IMG/VR virus record: IMGVR_UViG_3300027759_004177 | Location: 1-64,000 of that record | Length of the DNA stretch: 64,000 nucleotides | Strand: one strand, 5' to 3' | Part shown: positions 38,408 through 46,601 of the stretch, one piece after another | How positions within the stretch are numbered: the first letter of the stretch is position 1 | Layout: each line of letters starts with the position of its first letter | Position numbers and translations under genes: made by a program | The notes under the pieces: generated by a model | The model's database searches: none | Seen by the model: only the letters and a program-made list of their open reading frames with translations | Told to the model about the DNA's origin: nothing

Positions 38408-38985
38408 GTTACGATACGGTAAACTTCTTCCCAGTTTTTAACTGTACGAACATGGTCGTGATAGTGATGCATATTATGACCATGTTCCATTAACAAACTG
38501 TTGAGACCTAACTTGGCACCTAGTTCGGCATTGGCGATTTTGTCTTCAATCCACCAGCATCCTGTATCTCTGTACGGATATAGTGCCGCATCTTTGTCTG
38601 CCCCAGTATCCAAACACACAATCTTTTGAAATACAGTTTCTCCAAACAATTTACGCAGATTCATTTCACGCAATTTAACAGCATTGGGATCTACACTCAC
38701 ACTGGTGATGCAATGGAATACATATCCGTGTTCTTTGTGTAGTTTTTCCACATAGTACATGGCGTCTCGCAGGGGCGGAAGGAATCCAATACTGGCACTT
38801 TCGTTAAACAACTTGATCAATCTAACTGTCTGTTCTCTACTGATGCCATAACGCTTGCCAATGTCGTAGTCTAAGTTACCGCCGGGTATTTGTTCAAAAC
38901 CATGCTGTTCCATCCAGATTTCAAACGCATATTCCCAGTTAAGGAGTACACCATCGGCATCAACTAATATTACACTTTCTTTCAT
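38392..38985 (-). CDS. HAD-superfamily 5'(3')-nucleotidase-like protein
   Basis: DADGVL, ITS, IEDK. Confidence 0.75.
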   Translation of the reverse strand: MKESVILVDADGVLLNWEYAFEIWMEQHGFEQIPGGNLDYDIGKRYGISREQTVRLIKLFNESASIGFLPPLRDAMYYVEKLHKEHGYVFHCITSVSVDPNAVKLREMNLRKLFGETVFQKIVCLDTGADKDAALYPYRDTGCWWIEDKIANAELGAKLGLNSLLMEHGHNMHHYHDHVRTVKNWEEVYRIVTQTSL

Positions 38986-39647
38986 ACGACCTTTACATAA
39001 TTTAATGTTGTGACACAGGCATCGCCACGATATCCATCTCGTTTGTGCGTTTTAACACGCCCTTGTATTTGTCCTGCCTGCACTATTTTCTTTTGTTCTC
39101 TAGCCCAATAAAATATTAAATTGCCTTCGGCATCATGTCCGTACACAGCATAACAGTCCATACTCTTGATATATCTACTGTCGATCAGGGTAAACTCTGT
39201 GATAATTTTATCGCCCATTTGCCCAATATAACGACTGGCATATTCGAATCGAGCACTGAGTTCACGAACATGATCTTTCTTTTGATAGTCACTGGCCAAT
39301 TTTGGTGCCCAGGCCATTAAACCAAAATCTTTGGCAGTTACAGATGGCTGTGACAGCAGATTGTTTATTTGCCCCAAAAACTTATCGTCACGACTGGACA
39401 GGGTCTGCATGATTCCGGTTTGTTGTAGATATTGCACAATGCCTTCAGCATGCTTTCGATCATGATCTGATACTGTCGGTAAGTTGGCACGGTTGCCTTC
39501 AAGATACTCACGTATCAGTTGACGATTGGGGGCAATAGTACGACCGTCGTCTGTAGTGATTGCATCACGTTCAACACGATCCTGGTTGTGTGCAAATGCG
39601 GCTATGGCTGTGGCCAACGCTTCTAAAGTGGGGAATTTTTGCTTCAT
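38982..39647 (-). CDS. hypothetical protein
   Basis: 221 aa ORF downstream of consensus promoter. Confidence 0.7.
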   Translation of the reverse strand: MKQKFPTLEALATAIAAFAHNQDRVERDAITTDDGRTIAPNRQLIREYLEGNRANLPTVSDHDRKHAEGIVQYLQQTGIMQTLSSRDDKFLGQINNLLSQPSVTAKDFGLMAWAPKLASDYQKKDHVRELSARFEYASRYIGQMGDKIITEFTLIDSRYIKSMDCYAVYGHDAEGNLIFYWAREQKKIVQAGQIQGRVKTHKRDGYRGDACVTTLNYVKVV

Positions 39648-39679
39648 TTGGGTCGCTTATTATCCATTTTCATACTGTA

Positions 39680-39708
39680 ATTATAGCATAAATGGATTTA
39701 TTTGTCAA
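39680..39708 (-). promoter_or_regulatory. consensus sigma70 promoter
   Basis: TTGACA-17-TATAAT. Confidence 0.8.
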
Positions 39709-39734
39709 CTAACAAATTTACTGTAAATAACTGC

Positions 39735-40631
39735 ATGATTCGACTATATTTAAACGGTGGACACGCCATGGGTGATACACTTATGGCCATGTGTTTGTTT
39801 AACAGCCTGAATCAGCCGGTTCATATAACTACAGGCATAGATTCTTGGTACACCACTTGGAAACGTATTTTTAACATTGGCAATCAAATTAACCTTGATC
39901 CTGTTATAAATTCTGTTGTCTGGATCGATCCGCCACATCCGACTCATTTAGAAAGTTTTAAAATATTCAGTAGGTACGATCAATTTGATCATGTGAACGT
40001 GTTTGGGCAATCTTTACCCGTTGGACGCCGTGGAAAAAAATTAGCGGCAGTACTAATCAACGATGGTAACTATGTAAAAGATTTTGAATTTTTTTCCAAT
40101 ATCAAAGACCATAGTGATCCTTATCCATTTATAAAATTTCATACCAAAAAAACATACAACGCAATCTTAGATTTAATACAAGCAGCCGGCTATGATCCTG
40201 TGATCATTGACAGCCGCAATATATCAATTGAACATAAAGTGTTTGTACTCAATGAACTGTGTGATTTTGTTATAGGGTATGAAGGCGGTATATGCCATTT
40301 GGCACACTCATTAAAAATACCTGCTGTTATATTACCCTGGCGTGTTGTCCCAGGAGAAACGCATCAAACTGATTTTTTACACCTTGATCGAAGAACATAT
40401 TTTGTTCGAGATGTGGATGAAATTTTGTCCTGGTCTGTGGGACATTTTAAAACGTTAATTGATGGATTACATTGCGAAACAGGATACAATAATCAGTGGA
40501 TGACAGAATCCACATTTCCCAATCCTACTAAATTTGTTGATTATTTTAAAGCAGGTTCTACCGATAGCTTTAATGTGCAGATAGATTGGGCACTACAGTA
40601 TATAGATAATCCAACTCTAGGCGGATATTAA
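39735..40631 (+). CDS. GT9 (heptosyltransferase)-like glycosyltransferase
   Basis: AMGDTL, FVIGYEGGICHLAHSLKIP. Confidence 0.6.
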   Translation: MIRLYLNGGHAMGDTLMAMCLFNSLNQPVHITTGIDSWYTTWKRIFNIGNQINLDPVINSVVWIDPPHPTHLESFKIFSRYDQFDHVNVFGQSLPVGRRGKKLAAVLINDGNYVKDFEFFSNIKDHSDPYPFIKFHTKKTYNAILDLIQAAGYDPVIIDSRNISIEHKVFVLNELCDFVIGYEGGICHLAHSLKIPAVILPWRVVPGETHQTDFLHLDRRTYFVRDVDEILSWSVGHFKTLIDGLHCETGYNNQWMTESTFPNPTKFVDYFKAGSTDSFNVQIDWALQYIDNPTLGGY

Positions 40632-40870
40632 CCTTTTTTAAATCTAGCTACGTATTGGTGTAGGCTATTGAGATAAGCAGTTTGGTTGGTCAATTTGGAT
40701 TCTAAACGGTCTAATCGACCTTTTAACTCATGATTCTGTTGCTGTAATTGTTCCACTGTGACAGTGGCTTCTTTGAGACGTTTTTCGTGGTTAAGCAAAT
40801 TGGGACGTGGCGGAGCATTGGGATCCACAGCCCGTTTCTTTTTGACCTTGTACATATCAAGTAAGCTCAT
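40628..40870 (-). CDS. coiled-coil hypothetical protein
   Basis: 80 aa ORF. Confidence 0.65.
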   Translation of the reverse strand: MSLLDMYKVKKKRAVDPNAPPRPNLLNHEKRLKEATVTVEQLQQQNHELKGRLDRLESKLTNQTAYLNSLHQYVARFKKG

Positions 40871-41190
40871 ATGTAATATTTATCTGCGGGTAAGGAAGGT
40901 AATTTTATCGCTACAACTTCAGTATCTTCAAGATAGTGTGCGTGGTAATGTTCGCCTGGTTCACTGACATAGATATCCCCAGGTCCAAATTCTTCTCCGT
41001 TGATTATCATGCGACCTTTTGTGATCAATTGTAATTCTGTGATTACTTTGTGATAGTGCGGGATATCTACTGCACCGGCCGGATTGCCTTGCCAACATAC
41101 TTCAAATTCTTTTGTGCGTATTACGGCCTTGGGGAAATCTCCTACAAACCAGCCACGGTCACCGCTGTCACTGAGCCGGTACTTCTTCAT
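40867..41190 (-). CDS. cupin domain protein
   Basis: HYH...E...G...PGEHYH. Confidence 0.75.
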   Translation of the reverse strand: MKKYRLSDSGDRGWFVGDFPKAVIRTKEFEVCWQGNPAGAVDIPHYHKVITELQLITKGRMIINGEEFGPGDIYVSEPGEHYHAHYLEDTEVVAIKLPSLPADKYYI

Positions 41191-41533
41191 CTTTGGTTTC
41201 TTCTTTGGGAATAAACTGTTCCAAGTAGGGCATGTCCAACTGTGCCATCACATTGATCACATACTTGGGATAGGCTTCTAAGAAATACTTGAACAGGCCA
41301 TCAAAATCTCGTTGTTCACTATTGTATCTGTTTTGTACCACAGTTTTTTCACTGAGGTTTAATACTATGCCTGCATACTGACTATCTTTGCTGGTCAGTC
41401 CTTTGGTAAATTCAATACGTTCGTCGTACTGATAGTTGTCGGGGTTTTTATTCCATCCGGCAATCTGTGTTTGCACACCGGGGCGAGGTTTTTGTACATA
41501 AAATGCCACTAGGTGTAGGTCTTTGATTTTCAT
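41168..41533 (-). CDS. hypothetical protein
   Basis: 121 aa ORF. Confidence 0.7.
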   Translation of the reverse strand: MKIKDLHLVAFYVQKPRPGVQTQIAGWNKNPDNYQYDERIEFTKGLTSKDSQYAGIVLNLSEKTVVQNRYNSEQRDFDGLFKYFLEAYPKYVINVMAQLDMPYLEQFIPKEETKDEEVPAQ

Positions 41534-42447
41534 AGTTGTGTAAGTTCAATAAGTGTTGCGGATAAGTTAATCTCTGGATCAGAACACATGGTATGATTGA
41601 CTAGTCCTTTGCGTATGGCCAAAATTGCTTCGTCTTGTTTGGCTGGATCCTTTGACCATAACTCTAAGTTGTCGTACATCCAACGAAAAATTTCATCCAT
41701 GTCTTCACCAGCAGCTTGACTGCAAATACTTTTACGTGCTTCTGTAATCTTACCTGCTTTGAACAAAGTAACAGCATCCAGTTTCCAATCTTTGATACCG
41801 CGATCGTTTTCACCTGGTGTAGTCAATGTGCCTGTGGTTGAGTTTGCTTGTAACAAGTTCAGGCACTTGCGTAAGTCTGGGTATGTGGCCTTGACATAGC
41901 TGTCTAGGGTATCTAGATCAAACTCTACTGCTTCAGTAACCAATACTGTGGCAGTACGAGCAGTAAACTCTGTTACATCACTTTTATCAATATGAAAACC
42001 CTGGCAACGACTGTGCAAGGCTGGGATAATCTTGTGTGGCAAGTTGCAAGTAAGGATAAAGCGAGCTGACTCCTGATAGGTTTCCATGAGTCCACGCATG
42101 ATGGCCTGTGCATTGTGCGTCAAGTAGTCGGCTTCGTCCAAGAGTACCACTTTGAACGGACCAAATGGCATTGTACTAACAAAGCCTTCCACTCGGGTTT
42201 TAATAAAGTCGACTCCATTATCTCTTGAAGCGTTGATGTGTAGGGTGTCGTAGTCTTCGATTCCGAGTTCATTGATTAGTACCTTGGCTAGTGTGGTTTT
42301 ACCTGTGCCTGGACTACCACTTAACAGTATATGCGGAATGGCACCTTCCCGGATCCACGAATCAACCTGTGTACGTTGATTGGCATCAGTGAACACATAG
42401 TCACCAACTGTTTTGGGTCTGTATTTTTCTGTCCAGAGTTCTTTCAT
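41530..42447 (-). CDS. clamp loader AAA+ subunit (RFC/gp44-like)
   Basis: WTEKYRP, GSPGTGKT, NAS, LDEAD, SRC. Confidence 0.93.
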   Translation of the reverse strand: MKELWTEKYRPKTVGDYVFTDANQRTQVDSWIREGAIPHILLSGSPGTGKTTLAKVLINELGIEDYDTLHINASRDNGVDFIKTRVEGFVSTMPFGPFKVVLLDEADYLTHNAQAIMRGLMETYQESARFILTCNLPHKIIPALHSRCQGFHIDKSDVTEFTARTATVLVTEAVEFDLDTLDSYVKATYPDLRKCLNLLQANSTTGTLTTPGENDRGIKDWKLDAVTLFKAGKITEARKSICSQAAGEDMDEIFRWMYDNLELWSKDPAKQDEAILAIRKGLVNHTMCSDPEINLSATLIELTQL

Positions 42448-42635
42448 TTTTTTACCTGATTGATTATTGATTTTGCTATTGTGTTGGCACGGTCGTCTTG
42501 AATTGAGTAGACATGTAATTGGTCCGCCATGTTGCGAATACGTTGGCTTAGTGCGCCATTGCCAATTTCTGATTCAACTAAATGAGCAATATTGTGTAAT
42601 TGAATAACAGCATCAACTAGCTTGATATTTCTCAT
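42444..42635 (-). CDS. hypothetical protein
   Basis: 63 aa ORF, coupled. Confidence 0.6.
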   Translation of the reverse strand: MRNIKLVDAVIQLHNIAHLVESEIGNGALSQRIRNMADQLHVYSIQDDRANTIAKSIINQVKK

Positions 42636-42772
42636 ACTAGTTCTTCGGCAATGCCCAGTAATTCTGCTGTTATTAACAAACCAGCAGCAATTTGTAAATC
42701 ATAATATGCTAAAAAATAGCAGGCGGCGATACGCAATGCACTCTTGACGAGGCTGATATTTCTGTGATTCAT
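42632..42772 (-). CDS. small membrane protein (46 aa)
   Basis: Manual translation MNHRNISLVKSALRIAACY...AELLGIAEELV. Confidence 0.6.
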   Translation of the reverse strand: MNHRNISLVKSALRIAACYFLAYYDLQIAAGLLITAELLGIAEELV

Positions 42773-42978
42773 TTTTTACCTTTGAAAAATTTAATTAAAT
42801 TATAAAAACGTGTTTTGTATGGACTAGCCAAAATCTGGTTAACTATACTTGGATGATGCGGACAACGCCCTTGCATGTAATCGCAGGCAGGAGTGTACTG
42901 TTGTTTACATAAACTACAACGTGGTGGTTTGCTGCTTACTTGTTTTTGAGTATGTCTACTACTCGTTCCTGTTCCCAT
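42769..42978 (-). CDS. small Cys/His hypothetical protein
   Basis: CSLC...CDYMQGRCPHH. Confidence 0.5.
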   Translation of the reverse strand: MGTGTSSRHTQKQVSSKPPRCSLCKQQYTPACDYMQGRCPHHPSIVNQILASPYKTRFYNLIKFFKGKK

Positions 42979-43160
42979 AGTTCTTCCCCGACAAATTTTG
43001 GTAACCGATTATATTCTTCTTCTAGCCAACATTTTAACATATACAGTTCGTGTTTGCAAGAACTACTTGTCCATCCGTCATTGTAAGGACTGTGTATTTC
43101 GCCCAAACTGGTACGTATAGCAGAGTATGCTGATTCTATATCAGGTTTGCGGAATCCCAT
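42936..43160 (-). CDS. hypothetical protein
   Basis: 74 aa ORF. Confidence 0.6.
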   Translation of the reverse strand: MGFRKPDIESAYSAIRTSLGEIHSPYNDGWTSSSCKHELYMLKCWLEEEYNRLPKFVGEELWEQERVVDILKNK

Positions 43161-43309
43161 TAACTTGGAATAATATGTGGAATGTAAGGAACGTTTCTAG
43201 GGCCGTGGCGTTGTTCCAACAACATTCTGGCCTCTGCTAAATCTCGAGCCCACACACGATCCTTTTTCTCGCCTTCGGGTGTGCGTACAGTGGTTTCGTA
43301 CATGGGCAT
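43160..43309 (-). CDS. hypothetical protein (49 aa)
   Basis: Manual translation MPMYETTVRTPEGEKKDRVWA...; fills gap between genes exactly. Confidence 0.55.
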   Translation of the reverse strand: MPMYETTVRTPEGEKKDRVWARDLAEARMLLEQRHGPRNVPYIPHIIPS

Positions 43310-43310
43310 A

Positions 43311-43685
43311 TTACCAACGATCCACTTTGTCTTTTAATACAGCATCGCTTAGGCTATCGTCCCCGGTAGGTTCAGAATCTGAAACCAGTAAAATGTCGTT
43401 TGGGTCAACTCGGCGAATAGTTACTTCTCCTGCGGTGTCTTCGATGGTGACACCACGAGTCCAACGACCATGACTTACCAGGATCCATTGTCCAATTCGG
43501 ATATCTTGTTGATCTGGACCAGTGGCATATACCCTGGCCCAGCGTGGTCTGATACCAGCGGTACGGGCATCATCGTTTAGCAAATAGATGCCACTGCTTA
43601 ATTGACGTTCTTTGAAATTCATGTCAGCTACCAGCACATGATCATTTAATGCCTTGATTGATGTTACTTTGATAGGTTTAAACAT
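43311..43685 (-). CDS. GroES-like co-chaperonin
   Basis: KALNDHVLV, SSGIYL, VYATGP, IGQWILV. Confidence 0.75.
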   Translation of the reverse strand: MFKPIKVTSIKALNDHVLVADMNFKERQLSSGIYLLNDDARTAGIRPRWARVYATGPDQQDIRIGQWILVSHGRWTRGVTIEDTAGEVTIRRVDPNDILLVSDSEPTGDDSLSDAVLKDKVDRW

Positions 43686-43687
43686 AA

Positions 43688-44143
43688 TTAGATTCTTGTG
43701 GGCCCGTTTGATGTCTTGGAATTTGGCATAGGTTCTTGTTTGACCACCGTGGTTTTTGCCACACTACCAGCCAACGTACCACGTGCCGGTGGAGCGACAG
43801 GTTCTGTAGATTCTACAGGTTCGATTGAAGTCGGTTGTACTAGATTGGTCGCCAAATCATGCAATTCCTTGGCTCGGTTACTTTCAATCAATGATTGTTG
43901 TTGAGCATACACCTCTGGATCGTTAGGGCTATATCCGCCTGTGCGTTTAGTAGGTGCAGGATTTACAGCATAGACCTGATCCATCACTTGATTGCGTCCA
44001 GCAATAACTTTGCCGCCAACACCAAGTCGGTCTCCGCGAGCATTAACTTTCATGTTGCCCACGGCATTGACTGTTTCGTTGGCCAGTTTGACCTTGTCCA
44101 TGTCAATGGTTTTACCGCGAGCTGTTTTGTATACTTTTGTCAT
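43688..44143 (-). CDS. hypothetical protein
   Basis: 151 aa ORF with RBS and TAAATA upstream. Confidence 0.7.
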   Translation of the reverse strand: MTKVYKTARGKTIDMDKVKLANETVNAVGNMKVNARGDRLGVGGKVIAGRNQVMDQVYAVNPAPTKRTGGYSPNDPEVYAQQQSLIESNRAKELHDLATNLVQPTSIEPVESTEPVAPPARGTLAGSVAKTTVVKQEPMPNSKTSNGPTRI

Positions 44144-44182
44144 TGTGCTTCTCCTATATGCATTATTTATAAACTGGGTAGT

Positions 44183-44707
44183 TTATTTTAAAAATTCTTC
44201 GATCGGAAGATCATAATACAAACTGTTAATTTTGTGTACACCCAACAGATATAAAATGTAACTTGCTGTGCTAGATCCACGTCCCAATCCCCACACTACA
44301 CCATTCTTACGCATGGTATCAACAAAATATTTTAAATAACGCAACAGGTTAAACAAGTCACGTTCTTGATACAGCAATAGTTCTTGACCCACTCGTTGCA
44401 GTTCTTCCTGCGTAGTACACAAACTTAAAACGTGCTGGGCTATATCTAATTCCAAATACTCTAGGGGCATGTGCCATGTGGATTGCTGAATGTGATCAAA
44501 TAGTTCTTGCGGAACCGGCTCTTTGTAATCCAGCGGCAAGTATCTTTTTAATAAAGGAAAGTCTAAATGTAATTTCTGTACCGAATGATTATAGGACTCA
44601 GGATCTGTGATACTAAAATTTTCAATCCGGAGATCAGGATTGCGATACAACTCATCCACCAACTCACTGCTTGAGATAACCAATTGTCCGTAGGGATCAA
44701 ACTTCAT
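44183..44707 (-). CDS. DNA polymerase III alpha (DnaE)-like fragment
   Basis: RVGQEL, GLGRGSSTASYILYLLGVHKINSLYYDLPIEEFL; ends before the catalytic PDxD motif. Confidence 0.8.
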   Translation of the reverse strand: MKFDPYGQLVISSSELVDELYRNPDLRIENFSITDPESYNHSVQKLHLDFPLLKRYLPLDYKEPVPQELFDHIQQSTWHMPLEYLELDIAQHVLSLCTTQEELQRVGQELLLYQERDLFNLLRYLKYFVDTMRKNGVVWGLGRGSSTASYILYLLGVHKINSLYYDLPIEEFLK

Positions 44708-44940
44708 TGAATGTCTATAATGTTTTTAAATTGTTTGGATTGTTTTTCCATGTCCTGTAGCGCCTTGGCATTACGAACTTGTATTTCTGCCTGGTAGTCT
44801 TGCATCAGCATCTGTAATTGCTGAACCATGGCTGGTTGTCCAATTTGATAAGCATAGGTAATACGTTTGAGCAAATCCCCGTATTTGTTATTAAGCTCAT
44901 CTAAGGTTAATTTAGATAGGTCTGGTAATAATGGATGCAT
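44704..44940 (-). CDS. hypothetical protein
   Basis: 78 aa ORF. Confidence 0.7.
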   Translation of the reverse strand: MHPLLPDLSKLTLDELNNKYGDLLKRITYAYQIGQPAMVQQLQMLMQDYQAEIQVRNAKALQDMEKQSKQFKNIIDIQ

Positions 44941-44947
44941 AATAAAC

Positions 44948-44989
44948 GACTCCTTGTATAATTATATAGCAATTATCGCAAGGAGTCAA
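44948..44989 (-). promoter_or_regulatory. sigma70-like promoter inside an inverted repeat that includes the RBS
   Basis: TTGACT-17-TATAAT; GACTCCTTG...CAAGGAGTC arms. Confidence 0.6.
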
Positions 44990-45007
44990 CGGATATTTTT
45001 GGATGTA

Positions 45008-46243
45008 TTACCAAGCTGCTAAGTTAGCTCGTTTCCAATTGTTGGCGCCCAAGCAGATATAAACATAACTGGTATCGTAACTGATTTGGCCAGTTGCACC
45101 AATGCTGTTTGCAAAACTTGGCACATAGGTGTTGCTCACAAATAAATTGGCATTGGCCACAATACCTGCGGTATTGATAGTAAGTTTTTTGACTGCTGTG
45201 GTTGTTTTAGTATTGGTAGTATAGAATTCTAGTCGGCTACCAATGTTGGCCACTGTTTGATTTTCATCGGCCAGCATGTCAATACGGGTGGTAGTGATAG
45301 TGGGCCAACCACTGTTGACTGCGGTGTTGGCATGATAAGGAGTTGCACCAAAACGTGCTACGATATCTCCACTGTTAACAGCACTAGGAACACCTACATT
45401 ACCATTGAAACGACGACCCACAAAGGCCGCATAGTGACTATGCCCGGCAGCAGATGAATTTCCTTGTGCGTCTAGGTAAAAACGACCAGGGTAATTTTCT
45501 TGCCCAGTAATATGCAGCATAACACCACTGTTCTGTGGCAATAAAATAGCACCAGCGGCATTGCCAGTGATCGTAACACTACTACGAGAACTAACAGTAC
45601 TATCAATAACAGTTAAATTTCCGGTAACTTGTGTGTTACCACGAAGCGTACTACGGTTACGCATGGAGTCAGCGATAAAATATGTTGATCCGCCGTCAAT
45701 ACTGCTAAAATCAAAAATGTAGTTGCCATTGGCATCAAATGTGATAGCACTAGTAGCACTAGAGTATCCACTGATATCACTTACACCAATACTGACTGAC
45801 GCGGGCAATGTCAGTGTTTGTGTGGTATAGTCGGATATCACAATCCACACACGCACAGCACCGTAACCGCCGGCTGTGCCTACAGAAGGCCAGCCACTCA
45901 AGGCCAGGGTTACTGCACCACTGGCAGTGATCTTTTGAAAATTGCCCACTGTGAAATTTACAGTGGCAGTACCACTGATACTGCCCAGGTCTACCAGAGC
46001 CTGTGTCCATGCTTTGAGCTGTGGACGAATAAGTTGTGTGCCGGCCATGTCATTGTTGAGTGTAGACCCATCCAATGCCGCGGTTAAAATAGCTTTGCTC
46101 TGCAGATCAGTAATCTCATTGCGAGCAAATGTAAAGTTGTTTTTGGTGTTGGTAAAGTTGTCGCGAAATCCCTGACTGGAGTTGTCCTGTCCGGCTACGG
46201 GAAATGTACCGTCGATGTTGGTTGGAACGATTCTTGATGCCAT
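45008..46243 (-). CDS. tail/baseplate-associated fibre protein
   Basis: N-terminal NIDGTFPVAGQDNSSQGFRDNF shared with next gene; G/S/T/N beta-rich body; C-terminal YVYIC...WKRA. Confidence 0.65.
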   Translation of the reverse strand: MASRIVPTNIDGTFPVAGQDNSSQGFRDNFTNTKNNFTFARNEITDLQSKAILTAALDGSTLNNDMAGTQLIRPQLKAWTQALVDLGSISGTATVNFTVGNFQKITASGAVTLALSGWPSVGTAGGYGAVRVWIVISDYTTQTLTLPASVSIGVSDISGYSSATSAITFDANGNYIFDFSSIDGGSTYFIADSMRNRSTLRGNTQVTGNLTVIDSTVSSRSSVTITGNAAGAILLPQNSGVMLHITGQENYPGRFYLDAQGNSSAAGHSHYAAFVGRRFNGNVGVPSAVNSGDIVARFGATPYHANTAVNSGWPTITTTRIDMLADENQTVANIGSRLEFYTTNTKTTTAVKKLTINTAGIVANANLFVSNTYVPSFANSIGATGQISYDTSYVYICLGANNWKRANLAAW

Positions 46244-46280
46244 TTATCTTATCCTAATTATTGTATATTTATGAAGCCGT

Positions 46281-46601
46281 TTACCAGGTGCTTACATTTG
46301 CTCGGACCCAGGAATTGGTCGCAATACACACATACAAATGCTGACTGGTCCAGGCTATTTGTCCCACTGTACCGGAACTGCTGGCACTGGCGGGATAGCT
46401 GACGTTGCCCACGTTACCGGTAATGTAAGTAACTTTTGGTGTTAGTGCTACGTCGTCTTGCAAATCCGTAATTTCAAGTCTTGCGGTGTTTAGATTATTT
46501 TTAATATTTCTAAAATTATCTCTAAAACCCTGTGTGTCATTGTCTTGCCCGGCTATTGGGTAAGTAATGTCAATGTTGTTTGAGTTTATAGTTGATGCCA
46601 T
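46281..46601 (-). CDS. short paralog of the adjacent fibre protein
   Basis: Same N-terminal (YPIAGQDNDTQGFRDNF) and C-terminal (LYVC...WVRA) motifs. Confidence 0.65.
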   Translation of the reverse strand: MASTINSNNIDITYPIAGQDNDTQGFRDNFRNIKNNLNTARLEITDLQDDVALTPKVTYITGNVGNVSYPASASSSGTVGQIAWTSQHLYVCIATNSWVRANVSTW

